From NCBI RefSeq assembly GCF_004010195.1, contig NC_057720.1, positions 3,827,938 through 3,891,937 on the forward strand: a stretch of DNA of 64,000 nucleotides, in the 5' to 3' direction. Source of the stretch: Chiloscyllium plagiosum (Eukaryota). Positions 34,232 through 46,932 of this stretch are shown here, in pieces. A model generated the notes under the pieces. It was not told the origin of the DNA and did no database searches. It saw only the letters and a list, made by a program, of their open reading frames with translations. Position 1 is the first letter of the stretch, and the number at the start of each line of letters is the position of its first letter. A program made the translations under genes and the position numbers.

Positions 34232-36033
34232 GTATGTAGACAGACCAACAAGAGGCGAGGCCACATTGGATTTGGTACTGAATAATGAACCAAGCCAGGT
34301 GTTAGATTTGGAGGTAGGTGATTACTTTGGTGATAGTGACCACAATTCAGTTATGTTTACTTTAGCGATGGAAAGGGATAGGTATATACTGATGGGCAAG
34401 AGTTATAGCTGGGGGAAAGGCAAATTACAATGCAATTAGGCAAGACTTAGGATGCAGAGGATGGGGAAGGAAACTGCAGGGGATGGGCACAACTGAAATG
34501 TGGAGCTTATTCAAGGACCAGGTACTGCGTGTCCTTGATAAGCATGTACCTGTCAGGCAGGAAGCAAGTGGTCGAGCGAGGGAGCCGTGGTTAACGAAAG
34601 AAGTTGAATCTCTTGTCAAGAAGAAGAAGAAGGTTTGACAAAGGGTCAGTTAGACTCGAAACATCAGCTCTTTTCTCTCCTTACAGATGCTGCCAGACCT
34701 GCTGAGATTTTCCAGCATTTTCTCTTTTGGTTTCAGATTCCAGCATCCGCAGTAATTTGCTTTTATGTAAGAAGAAGGTTTGTGTAAGGATGAGATGTGA
34801 TGGCTCGGTTAGGGTGATTGAGAGTTACAACCTAGCTAGGAAAGACCTAAAGAGCTATTGCTGGGGGAAAGGGAATTATGATGCGATTAGGCAAGATTTA
34901 GGATGCATAAGATGGGGAAGGAAACTGAAAGGGATGGGCACAGTTGAAATGTGGAGCTTATTCAAGGAACAGCTACTGTGTCCTTGATAAGTATGTCAGA
35001 CATGAGGAAATGGTCGAGCATGGGAGACATGGTTTACTAAGGAAATTGAATCTCTTGTCAAGAGGAAGAAGAAGGCTTATGTTAGGATGAGACGTGAAGG
35101 CTCAGAGCAATTGAGAGTTACTAGTTGGCCAGGGAAGACCGAAAGAGAGAACTAAGAGCCAGGAGGGGACATGAGAAGTTATTGGTGGATAGGATAAGGC
35201 TTTCTATAAATATTTAAGCAATAAAAGAGTGACTAGAGTAAGATAAGGCCAATCAAGGATAGTAGTGGAAAGTTGTGCATGGAGTCAGAGGAGATGGGGA
35301 AGCACTAAATGAGTATATTTTGGAAGTATTCACACTGGATAAAGACAATGTTGTTGAGGAGACTACTGAGATACAGGCTACTAGACTAGACAGGATTGAG
35401 GTTCACAAGGAGGAGGTGTTAGCAAGTCTGAAAAGTGTGAAAATAGATAAGTCCTCTGGGTCGAATGGGATTTATCCTAGGATTCTCTGGGAAACCAGAG
35501 AAGAGATTGCTGATAGCTTTAGCCTTGATCTTTATGTTGTCATTGTCTACAGGAATAGTGCCAGAGGACTGAAGGATAGCAAATGTTGCCCCCTTGTCCG
35601 GCAAGTAGAGGCAACCCTGGTGATTATAGACCAGTGAAACTTTCTTCAGTTGTGGGTAAAGTGTTGAAAAAGATTATAAGAGATAGGATTTCTAATCATC
35701 TAGAGAGGAATAAGTTGATTAGGGATAGTCAGCACAGTTTTGTGAAGGGTAGGTCGTGCCTCACAAACCTTATTGAGTTCTTTGAGAAGGTGACCAAACA
35801 TGTGGATGAGGGTAAAGCGGTTGATGTGGTGTATATGGATCTCAGTAAGGCATTTGGTAAGATTCCCCATGGTAGGCTATTGCAGAAAATACAGAGGTGT
35901 GGGATTGAGGGTAATTTAACAGTTTGGATCAGAAATTGGCTAGCTGAAAGGACAGAGGGTGATGGTTGATGGGAAACATTCATCCTGGAGTTCGGTTACT
36001 AGTGGAGTACAGCAAGGATCTGTCTTGGGTCCA
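34232..36033 (+). mobile_element. CR1 LINE ORF2 fragment (end of EN to mid-RT) with internal duplication and a nested insert
   Basis: YVDRPTRGEATLDLVL, GDSDHN, SCLTNLIEFFE, YMDLSKAF. The segment at about 34400-34635 recurs at about 34852-35100. Confidence 0.85.
34638..34768 (+). mobile_element. Short Penelope-related insert with 14-bp target-site duplication
   Basis: AAGAAGAAGGTTTG at 34624-34637 and 34769-34782 flank AAGGGTCAGTTAGACTCGAAAC...GATGCTGCCAGACCTGCTGAG. Related copies at about 31550, 36466, 55040, 57290, 57690, 58360 and 61610. Confidence 0.75.
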
Positions 36034-36306
36034 CTGTGAGATCAAACAGTGAAGGGGAGGGCAGGGATTAAATCAAAATAGAGTTGGAGGGGGAAATCAA
36101 ACACTCCACTCCCTGTGGCACCCACCTCTCCCTGAACAGCTCAAGTGTGTTAGTGGACACCACGTGCTCCTTCTCCAGGGACACCCAGGCTCTGACATAA
36201 CTGCGGAAAAGGGGCAGGCAGTCGGCCCTAACGACCCCCTTCACGGCCCACTACCTGGACCTGTTTATGGCCAGTTTGGCCAGGCCCAGGAGCAGACCCA
36301 CGAAGA
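36034..36306 (-). mobile_element. Tx1-clade LINE ORF2 C-terminus and start of 3'UTR
   Basis: Minus-strand translation FVGLLLGLAKLAINRSR*WAVKGVVRADCLPLFRSYVRAWVSLEKEHVVSTNTLELFRERWVPQGVECLISPSNSILI*, recalled as typical of Tx1-family ORF2 ends. Stop at 36070-36068. Confidence 0.7.
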
Positions 36307-39300
36307 ATTCCTCAGTACAACACACTCTTTTAATCAGTTACAACAAGGTTACAATTTTCTGCTCAATTGCACATTTGGTCCTAATTTTTTGCTGCATTCA
36401 GATTTTACTTTTGTCACTTTTAATATCCTCAGCAAATGTCACCAGTCTGCATAGAACTTGTCGCAAAAGCAGAATGCTGGAGAAACTCAGCAAATCTGTA
36501 AAGAGAAAAACAGAATTAACTCTGTCCGTGATTTTCTGTCTACACATGCTGCCAGACCTCTCCTGCACTTTGTTTTCATTGCAGATTTCCAGCATCTGGA
36601 GTTCAGTTTTATTTTCATGCTGAATACAGTATGTTCAGGCTGTTGGAAACAAAATAAACTTTAGGCAAAATCAGCCAAATTAAACATAACTCAAAAAAAC
36701 TCATTAACAAAACCAGAGGATCAAATTTAAAACTCTTTTGTCTGGGAAATAATACAGTCTAGCCCATGCCTGGTGCTCAATGGTCTCAAAGCTCTGCGAG
36801 TACTCACTAAAAACGGGAACATAATAAAAATGTATTGATCAAACCATTGTAAGTTAACTGCCCATTTTCTGTCCTCCTGTGAATCAGCCATTATCTAGCT
36901 CCAATAGATCTCACTTACTTCATGGTGGAATGAAGCCAGGAGAGTGAACCCAAAACAACACTATCAATTGAAAAGAAAAAGAGTAGGCAAAATGGAGTAG
37001 GCCATTCAATATGACTATGGCTGATTATCCAAGTCTGCATCCTGTTCCTGCTTTCTCTTCACATTTTTTGGTTTCTCTAACACCAAGAATTCCATCTACC
37101 TCCTTTGTGAAAACAGTATTTGCTTTGGCCTCAACTACTCTTTATAGCAGAGAATTCCACTGTCTCTCCATTCTCTGGGTGAAGAAATGTCTCCTCATAT
37201 CAATCTTAAATGGTCTATTCCATATTTGTAGACATCTTCCTGGGCTCCTCAGTCATAGTCATAGAAGGGGAAAACAGACCCTTTGGTCCAACTCGTCCAT
37301 GCCGACCAGCTATCCTAGTCACATTTGCCAGTACTTAGCCCATGTCCCTCTAAATCCTTCCAATTCACATACTCATCTAGATACCTGTTAAATGTTGTAA
37401 TTGTACCAGCCTCCCATCAGGAACATCATTCCTGCATTTACCCTGTCTAGTCCTGTTAGGAATTTATACATTTCAGTGAGACTCCCACCTCTTATTTTCC
37501 CTAAACTCCAATAAAGAAATCCTAATTGTTTCAGTACCTCTTCATTTATCAGCCCTACAGTACCTTCCATAACCACTGGACATTCTGACACAGTCAATGA
37601 AGTATTATTGAATTATAGTCACTGTTGGAATGTTGTAATGAAACTCAACAAACTCCCAGAAACAGTGTAATAGTAACCAGATCATCTGTTCTTGTGATGT
37701 TGTTGGAGGGATAATTATTGGCCAGGACACCACAGAGAACTCCAATACTCTCCTTAACAGTTTGCCATCAGATCTAAAGACCCCCGAAAGTAGACAAAAA
37801 AAATTTGTCTCTTTCACAGACACAGACACATCTTTTACCCAAGAATATCAGGGCCAAAAGATGCTCGAAGAAATGCCTGCAGAAGGCACTCAGTTCTGCT
37901 CAGAGTTTCTCTGGGTATACATTCAAATACAAGCTTATTATTACAAGGTCTTCAGCAGAAAAGGCACATACTTTAATTATTTTTAATCAACCTGTTCAGA
38001 GATGTTATTACACATCTCAGGAGTAGGTGGGACTTGAACCTGGTCCTCCCATTCCAGGGGTTGGGACATTACAACTGCACCACAAATGGGCCTCACATAG
38101 GTTAATTTAAAAAATACTAAACTGTTTTATATTGAACCTGTTCAGAGATGTTTTTACATACCTCTGGAGCAGGTAGGTCTTGGAGGAGTAGGGACTCTGC
38201 CATTACCCCACAAGCGACCTTCCCATATACTTTATTAATAGGAATCAGTTAATACCAAGTTCCACTAGTTTCACGCTGGTTAAGCACCTATGTTGCCTGG
38301 CTATAGAACCAACACCACGCTGACTAACTAGTCCCAGAGGCAGCAGCTGTGCATAGCTTCCCAGTTAACCCTTTCTGTCCATCTGTCTGAAACCACAGAA
38401 GGTAGACCCTCTGATAGTGCGGTCCTGCAGCTTGTGGGGTTAGACTTGTGTACAATCCCATCCTAACTGATAGCTAAGGGAATGTTACGCCCAGATCAGG
38501 GGGCGACAGAATGCTATAGCACAATAATAAATCATCTTCCCCAGCTGCTCTCAGACCTGGTGTGTGTATGTATGAGAAAGAGACATTTTTCTTGTCTGCT
38601 TTCGGGGTTCTTTAGATTTTGACATTTCCTTGCCGTATTCACTTTGACTTTATATAGAGGGAGCCCCACCCAAACCCCAACCTCCTCGGGATTGACAGGG
38701 AGGTTCCAGCTCCTGCAATTTAGCAGCCGGCCTGGGGAACACATCCTGAGCTCAAGGAGATAGACAGATGTAGCGGCCAATTAACCAGGTGCAATTAACC
38801 CAAGAGGTGAGTCCACTCGGTGCCGAACGTTAGATTTCTTGCCTTTAATTAGGTAAATGAAGTTCTCCTCGTTAATATCAGGGCGATGGTGTCATTACAA
38901 AATTTCAAAAGTAGGGGTTGGTCACGGGGAAGTCAATGGGATGGTTTTATTTCTGTGTAATATCAATGACATGGAAAACGCAGTAAGGGGACTCTCGGAG
39001 TGTGAAATGCAGTTTCTACCTGTGCACGTCTCACTCCCTGATAAAATACAAGGTTAGTTGTTTTTCTTAAATCACAATAATGTGGGGGTTTTATTTGACC
39101 TTGTAATATTCTGGTATTGAGTCAAACAGACACCTCCTCCGTCCTTCCGGGAAGCTAGGAGTCATTAACAGATACAGTTACATCAGTCCTACAGATTGGA
39201 GTTGTAGGATTCCGCCAAAGTTGCACCCAACATCAACAATATTTGCCTAAAATGAGCCATGGAAACGATGTTTGACCGTAATTTCTGCAGCTGTTGACTT

Positions 39301-39467
39301 TTTTTAAAACACCTGTCTCCGAAAGCAGTTTCCTGGAGTTAGACTGAAACCAACAGCCTGACACAATGAGGGCTGTTAGATGGGATTAGACAGAGCTCCC
39401 GGGAAAGCTGAAGTGCGGTGCGGTGTGATGTGATTTAGGTTCTGGACATGGATCACTCCCAAGTGAG

Positions 39468-39812
39468 GGGAGGCAATGCCTAGTGGTATTATCGCTGGAC
39501 TTGAACCAGAAGCCCATATAATGTTCTGGAAACCCTGGTTCAAATCCTGCTATGGCACATCGTGGAACTTGATTCAATAAATAGCTGGAATTAAGAGTCT
39601 AGTGATGACCATGAATTCATGTCAATTGTTGGAAAAACCCATCTGGTTCACTAATGCCCTTCAGGGAAGGAAACTGCCATCTTTACCTGGTCTGACCTAC
39701 ACATGACTCCAGACGTCTCTTTAGTTATACAATTGACTCTTTGGGCCATTAAGATGGACAATAAATGCAGCCTGGTCAGCGATGCCCCCCCTCCTGTGAA
39801 TGAATAAAGAAA
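39468..39812 (+). mobile_element. Deu-domain SINE (SacSINE1/AmnSINE1-like)
   Basis: tRNA-like head, then ACCCATCTGGTTCACTAATGCCCTTCAGGGAAGGAAACTGCCATCTTTACCTGGTCTGACCTAC. Other decayed copies at about 2340-2590, 29080-29270, 48600-48910 and 53400-53750. Confidence 0.7.
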
Positions 39813-40529
39813 GTTTAATTCCTGTTTACAGAAAGGGGTCTCTTTAAAGACTCCAGCTGTGTTTAGTATTCCTGGGCGATATTCTCATGTTTTATCTCTT
39901 TCATGATCAAAATAATCTTCTGGTTGACTGGACGTTAGTCGGATTAATGATCCTGAATCGAGTCATGCATTGACAAGCAGCTTTGTAAAGTTCAGATTAT
40001 TTTAATTAATTTTGTAGTTTGTTAGAACTTGCCTTCCTGTTCCATCACTCTACAAAGTCTAATGAGAGCTACCTTGCCAGTGTTTGTGTGATTGTTACCG
40101 TGGGAATGTCTCTTTGTTGTGGCGATTGCCTCACACCAATGAGCAATCATACGGCAAATGTATCTGTTTGCCTTGGCAGCAAGGAGTTTGTTGCTGGGCT
40201 TAATATTTTTAACTTCATTCATGGGACGTGGGCATCAGCAATTTATTGTCATCCCTGATTGATGGCATGCTCAGCCATTTCAGAGGGCAGTTAAGACTCG
40301 CCTGTGGGTTTGGAGTCACTTGTAGTCCAGACATAAGGACATTCAGAAATATCAAAAATGGGAGCAGGAGTGGGCTATTTGGCCCCTGCCTGCTTTGCCA
40401 TTCAGTAGCATCATGGCTGATCATCCAACTCAGTTCCCCCTTTCTCCCCCATACCCTTTGACCCCTTTTAGCTCTAAGACCTAATGTCCTCCTTGAAAAC
40501 ATTCAATGCTTTGGTCTCTCCTCTACACA

Positions 40530-43500
40530 CAGGATAGTCTTCATCGGAACTGGGGGGGGGTGTACCAATATCCCGAGGGCAAAATTTGCTAACACTCTTC
40601 TGGCGGGTTTAAACTAATACAGCAGGGGAATGGGAACCGATATTGTAGTTTGAGTTTGCAGGGGGTTGAGAGTAGTGAGGTCAGAACTAAGAGTTCAAGG
40701 TTGCAAGAGGGCCCTGGCAAACAAGAGGTTGGTTTGGAGAGTGCCAGGAGCATCTGGAATAAGATGGGTGAATTTGCAGCGTGGGTTGGTACCTGGGACT
40801 TGGATATTGTGGCCATTTTGGAGACATGGGTAGAGCAGGGACAGGAATGGATGTTTCAGTAAGAACAGAGAAGATGGTAAAAGAGGGGGAGGTGTGGCAT
40901 TGTTAGTCAAGGACAGTATTATGGTGGCAAGAAGGACGTTTGAGGACTCATCTAATAAGGTAGTATGGGCTAGGGTTAGAAATAGGAAAGGAGAGGCTAC
41001 CCTGTTGGGAGTTTTCTATAGGCCTCCGAATAGTTCTAGAGGTGTAGAGGAAAGCATAGCAAAGATGATTCTCGATAGGGGTGGGTGTGACAGAGTAGTT
41101 TTTTTTTAAGATTACTTAGTGTGGAAACAGGCGCTTCGGCACAACAAGTTCACACCGACCCGCCAAAGTGCAACCCCCCCAGACCCATTCCCCTACATTT
41201 TACCCATTCACCTAACACTACGGGCAATATTAGCATGGCCAATTCACCTAACCTGCACATTTTTGGACTGTGGGAGGAAACCGGAGCACCCGGAGGAAAC
41301 CCATGCAGACACTGGAAGAATGTGCAAACTCCACACAGACTGTTGCCTGAGGCAGGAATTAAACCCAGGTCTCTGGTGCTGTGAGGCAGCAGTGCTAACC
41401 ACTGTGCCACCGTGCTGCCCACAAGTTATGAGGTCTTTAACTTTCCAAATATTGACTCAATTACTTCAGATGCGTCAGTTTTTGTCCAATGTGTGCAGGA
41501 GGGTTTCCTGACACAGTATGTAGACAGGCCAACAAGGGATGAGGCCACATTGGATTGGGTACTGGATAATGAACCCAGCCAGGTGTTAGATTTGGAGATA
41601 GGTGAACACTTTGGTGATAGTGACCACAATTCAGTTATGTTTACTTTTGCAATGGAAAGGGATAGGTATATACTGAAGGGTAAGAGTTATAACTGGGGGA
41701 AAGGCAATTGTGATGCGTTTAGGCAAGATTTAGGATTCATTGGATCGGGAAGGAAACTGTAGGGGATGGGCACAATTGAAATGTGGAGCTTATTCAAGGA
41801 CCAGCTACTGCGTGTCCTCAATAAGTATGTACCAGTCAGTCAGGAAGAAAGTGGTTGAGGGAGGGAGCCATGGTTAATGAAAGAAGTTGAATCTCTTGTC
41901 AAGAAGAAGGACAAGGTTTGTGTTAGGATGAGATGTGAAGACTCAATTGAGAATTACAATCTAGCCAGGAAAGACCTAGGACTAAGAAGAGCCAGGAGAG
42001 GACATGAGAAGTTATTGGTGGATAGGGTCAAGGAAAACCCTACAGCGTTCTCTGGGTATATTGGAAATAAAAGAATGACTAGAGTAAGATTAGGATTAAT
42101 CAAAGATAGTAGTGGGAAGTTGTGTGTGGAGTCAGAGGAGATTGGGGAAAAGGGCTAAATGAATACTTTTCATCAGTATTCACACTAGAAAAAGACAACG
42201 TTGTCGAGGAGAATACTGAGATACAGTCTACGAGATTAGATGGGATTGAGGTTCACAGTAGGGGAGGTGTTACCAATCCTGGAAAGCTTGAAAATAGATA
42301 AATCCCCTGGGCTGGATGGGATTTATCCTAGAATTCTCTGGGAAGCCAGGGAGGAGATTGATCTTTGTCATCATTGTTGACAGGAATAGTGCCAGAGACT
42401 GGAGGATAACCAATGTTGTTCCCTTGTTCAAGAGGGGGAGTAGAGACACCCCTGGAAATAACAGACTAGTGAGCCTTACTTCAGTTGAGGGTAAAATATT
42501 ATAAGGGGTTATAAGAGAGGATTTATAATAATCTAGAGAGGAATAAGTTGATTAGGGATAATCAACATGATTTTGAGAAGGGTAGGTCATGCCTCACAAG
42601 CCTTGGGTTCTTTGAGAAGGTGACCAAACAGGTAGATGAGGGTAAAGCGGTTGATGTGGTGTATATGGATTTCAGTAAGGTGCTTGATAAGGTTCCCCAC
42701 AGTAGACTATTGTACACAATACGGAGACATGGGATTGAGGGTGATTTAGTGGTTTGGATCAGAAACTGGCTAGCTGAAAGAAGACAGAGGGTGGTGGTTG
42801 ATGAGAAATGTTCATCCTGGAGTTCACTTACTAGTGGTGCACCCCAAGGATTGTTTTGGGTCCACAGCTGTTTTTCACATTTATAAATGACCTGGATGAA
42901 GACATAGAAGGATGGGTTAGTAAATTTGCAGATGATATTAAGGTTGGTGGAGTTGTGGATAGTGACGAAGGATGTTACAGGTTACATAGAGACATAGATA
43001 AGCTGCAGGGCTGGGCTGAGAGGTGGAAAATGGAGTTTAGTGTGGAAATGCATGAGGTGATTCACTTTGGAAGAAGTAACAGGAATGAAGGGTAATGGTA
43101 AGGTTCTTGGTAGTGTAGATGAGCAGAGAGATCTCAGTGTCCGTGTACATAGATCCTTGAAAGTTGCCACCCAGGTTGATAGAGTTGTTAAGAAGGCATA
43201 GGGTGTGTTAGCTTTTATTGGTAGAGGGATTGAGTATCAGAACCATGAGGTCATGCTGCAGCTGTACAAAACTCTGGTGCGGTCGCACTTGGAGTATTGT
43301 GTACAGTTCTGGTCACCACATTATAGGAAGGATGTGGAAGCTTTGGAAAGGATTCAGAGGAGATTTACCAGGATGTTGCCTGGTATGGAGCGAAGGTCTT
43401 CTGATGAAAGGCTTAGGGACTTGTGGCTGTTGTTATTAGAGAGAAGAAGGTTGTGACATGTAAGATAATCAGAGGGTTAGATAGGATGGACAGTGAGAGC

Positions 43501-43795
43501 CTTTTTCCTCGGATGGTGATGGCTCGCACAAGGGGAGGTAGCTTTAAATTTATGGGGTGATGAATGTTGCACGGATGTCAGAGGGAGTTTCTTTACTCAG
43601 AGTAGTAGGGACATGGAATGCCCCGCCTGCAACAGTAGTAGACTCGCCAACTTTAAGGGCATTTAAATGGCCATTGGATAGACATATGGATGAAAATAGA
43701 ATAGTGTAGGTTAGATGGGCTTCAGATTGGTTTCACAGATCGGCGCAATATCGAGGGCTGACGCATCTGTGCTGCGCTGGAATGTTCCATTTTCT
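40530..43795 (+). mobile_element. CR1 LINE, end of ORF1 plus nearly full ORF2, decayed
   Basis: DIVAILETW, GVFYRPPN, GDSDHN, YMDFSK, SKFADD, RSHLEYCVQFWSP and 3' tail. Sits inside an older minus-strand CR1 remnant. Confidence 0.9.
41108..41421 (-). mobile_element. HE1-type V-SINE nested in CR1
   Basis: Intact-looking reverse-complement SINE that splits the CR1 endonuclease region. Confidence 0.85.
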
Positions 43796-44659
43796 AACCA
43801 CTTTCTTTGGCAGAGAATTCCACAGGCTTCCCACTCTGGCTGAAAAAAATTTTTGTCATCTCAATCCCAAACGGCCTATCCCAGATCCTTAAAATGTGAC
43901 CTCTTGCTCTTGACTCCCTGGTCATTAAGAAAGTGTCAAATATAGTTCTTACACCTAAAGGATTGAAGGGTTTTGGGAGAAAGGAGACTTGATTAGAGAG
44001 TTTAAGATGGAAGAATTCCTAGAGGGAAGTGACTGCAATACGATAGAATTCACCCCGCAGTATGAGAAGAAGAAACTGAATCAGATATAACTATTACAAT
44101 GGCCAGGGCCGAGCATCACCAAACCTCCCCCTCGCCGGGGTAATCTGGGAGGCGAAACAGAAACACACGAAGGGGATGAAGAGGCAACCACAGCTAACAA
44201 GGGAAGTCCGAGAACATAAAAACAAAAGCAAAAGCATTTGCTGTGGTGAAGATTAGTGGGAAGCCAGAGGATTGAGAGGCCTTTAAAAAAACCCAGCATA
44301 GGATAACTAAAGAACCAAAAATGGGGGAGAATAAAAATTGAGAGTAAGCCAGCTAGCAAGAGGTTAGAGAGTGATCAGATTGGACATTAGACACTAGAAA
44401 ATGAGGCTGGGGAAGTAAAAATGGGGGACAAAGAAATGGCAGAGAAACTGAAATAGGTACGTTGTATCAGTTTTCAGAATGAAAGACTACAGCGGCAGTC
44501 CAGAACTTCGAGAGTTAGGGGTTAGAGGCAAGGTCCTGGCATTGATAGAGGATTGACTGACTGGCAGAAGGCAGAGCTGGGATAAAGGGGTCTTTTTCAG
44601 GATGGCAACCGGTGACTAGTGGCGTTTCGCAGGGTTCAATGTACAGAGAGAGTTCTGAA

Positions 44660-44830
44660 TTAACGTTTGAGAGGTCCATTCAAAAGTCTGTAACAGTGAG
44701 GGAGAAGCTGTTCTTTAGTCTGTTCACACATGTATTCAAACTTTTATACTCTCTTCCATTGGGCAGAAGATATAACGGGTGGGAGGGAGGTTGCTTTCCC
44801 AATGCAGCAGGAAGTCCGCGGATGGGAAGC
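44660..44830 (-). mobile_element. Rex1/Babar-like LINE C-terminal fragment
   Basis: PSHPLYLLPNGREYKSLNTCVNRLKNSFS resembles the HP...LLPSGRRYRS...RLKNSF motif of Rex1 ORF ends. Confidence 0.55.
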
Positions 44831-45065
44831 TGGTTTGTGTGATGGACTGGGCTGTGTTCTACAGTGTGGGGTGGACAATCAGCCATGATCATGTCGAATG
44901 GTGGAGTAGGCTCGAAGGGCCGAATAGCCTACTCTTATTTTCTATTTTTCTCTTGTCCTACTTCCTCCTTCCCTTGATAATTTGTGCAACTTCAGCACGT
45001 GTTCTGTCAGTGGTTTGTTGTTCATGATGTTCTGACTTCCCAAAGGAAATATTACTTTAACAAAA

Positions 45066-45313
45066 GGGTGGCACAGTGGTTAGCACTGCTGCCTCACAGC
45101 GCCAGAGACCCGGGTTCAATTCCCGCCTCAGGCGACTGACTGTGTGGAGTTTGCACGCAAAGATGTGCAGGTCAGGTGAATTGGCCATGCTAAATTACCC
45201 ATAGTGTTAGGTAAAGGGGTAAATGTAGGGGTATGGGTGGGTTACGCTTCGGCGGGTCGGTGCGGACTTGTTGGGCCGAAGGGCCTGTTTCCACACTGTA
45301 AGTAATCTCATCT
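45066..45313 (+). mobile_element. HE1-type V-SINE with internal deletion
   Basis: CAGTGGTTAGCACTGCTGCCTCACAGCGCCAGAGACCCGGGTTCAATTCCCG head and CR1-like tail. Confidence 0.85.
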
Positions 45314-45530
45314 AAAAGCAAAATTCTCCAGATTTTGGACACCTGAAAGGGTAGCTGAAAATACTGGATTTACTTGGCAACAGGTTGGCAGCACCAGTGA
45401 GAGTGAGAGTGGCAATACTTCAATTTGGGGGGATAGAAGGGGATGATGGAAAAATGCTAATGAGATGGGAAGCAAAAGGTGAGTTTGGTTGAGTCATCAC
45501 TTTTTTTTCTTCTTTTGCCAAGCCCCTGGT

Positions 45531-45755
45531 ATGGAGAGTCCAGAACTGATTGTCAATGATGGTTGTGGAGCATCTGCCGATATTCAATATCGGGTGAGGA
45601 ATAGTGAGCAAATGTGTGACCCTGCTGATCCTGATCAACTCCGAAGAAAGCTGAAGTTTTTCTTCATGAATCCATGCGAAAAATTTCAAGCTCGTGGTCG
45701 TAAGCCATGGAAACTGGGAGTGCAGCTCCTAAAAATAGCAATGGTTACTCTCCAG
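45531..45755 (+). CDS. MCOLN3: Mucolipin-3 (TRPML3) first coding exon; exon starts 45523
   Basis: MESPELIV...LRRKLKFFFMNPCEKFQARGRKPWKLGVQLLKIAMVTLQ. This motif matches MCOLN3 rather than MCOLN1 or MCOLN2. Acceptor ttttgccaag, donor gtaagg, 225 nt. Head-to-head with DNAI3 as in human. Confidence 0.95.
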
Positions 45756-46525
45756 GTAAGGTCTGTTTTTGTTTTCTTTTGTAAAATGTTGATTTGTGCT
45801 TGCAAATGAATAAGTCGCCAAACAGAATGAACAACTTTCAGGAATCCAGATCACTGAAAGATGTGAAAATCTCAGTGTGGGGACAAAAGCTTTGAACTTC
45901 AATTTTTAAAAAAATTGACACAAACAGATTTGAGCTAGCAAGTAACCTTCATGCCCCGAAACCTGTCCACCATCTAACAGGGACACAGGCCAGGACTGTG
46001 ATGGAATACTCCTCACTTGCCTGGATGGGGGCAGCCCCAACAACACTTAAAGAAGCTCCACATTTGACTGGCACCACATCCACAAGAATCCACTCCCTCC
46101 ACAGAGATGCTCAGCAGCAGTGTACACCATCTACAAGATATGCTGCCAATTCTTCTTTGACAGCACCCTCCCAACTCATGACTTGTACCATAGAAGCACC
46201 AGGGCAGCAGATACATGGGTAACTTCAGGATTTGCAAATCCTCCTTTGAATCACGTACCATCCTGACTTGGAAGTGTATTTCCATTCCTTCAGTTGTTGG
46301 GTTAAAATTCTGAACTTCTTTCCCTAACAGCTAAACTCTCAACCATGAATGTCTTGGGTGCTACCATTGACCAGAAACTGAACTGGATCAGCCATATAAA
46401 TACAGTAGCTTCAAGAACAGGCCAAAGGCTTGGAATTCTGTGCTGATTAACTCCCATTTCATCCCCAAGGCCTGAACACCAACTACATATCTCTATTCAG
46501 GCGTGCGTTGGATTATTGTTCACGA

Positions 46526-46746
46526 GGAGAGAATGAGGACTGCAGATGCTGGAGATCATTCAAAGGGCGTGGTGCTGGAAAAGCACAGCTGAGTAAGCAA
46601 CATTCAAGGAGCAGGTGAATCAACGTTTTGAGCATGAGCTGTTCATTAGCAATCCTGATGAAGGGCTTATGCTGGAAATGTCGACTCTCCTGCTCCGTGG
46701 ATGCCGCCTGACTGGCTGTGCTTTTCCAACACTGCACTCTTCGACT
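46526..46746. mobile_element. Palindromic Penelope-derived short element with hammerhead-like core
   Basis: CCTGATGAAGGGCTTATGCTGGAAATGTCGAC between inverted arms. Confidence 0.7.
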
Positions 46747-46932
46747 GAGTGCAGTCCACTTGCTGTAGGTTGACCCACAATGTCCTCGGAGGGATCTTCA
46801 GGGTTTTGATCTAGTAACAGTGAAGGATACATTTCCAAGTCAGGATGGTGAGTTGCTTGGAGGGAGGCTTGCAGGGGATAGTGTTCCCATGTATCTGCTG
46901 CCCTTTGGCATCAAGCCTGACTTGTTGGACCT

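Noticed and set aside
45066..45135. tRNA-like sequences with A and B boxes (here and in other SINE heads)
   Set aside because: They continue into SINE bodies and lack a complete cloverleaf, so they are not tRNA genes.
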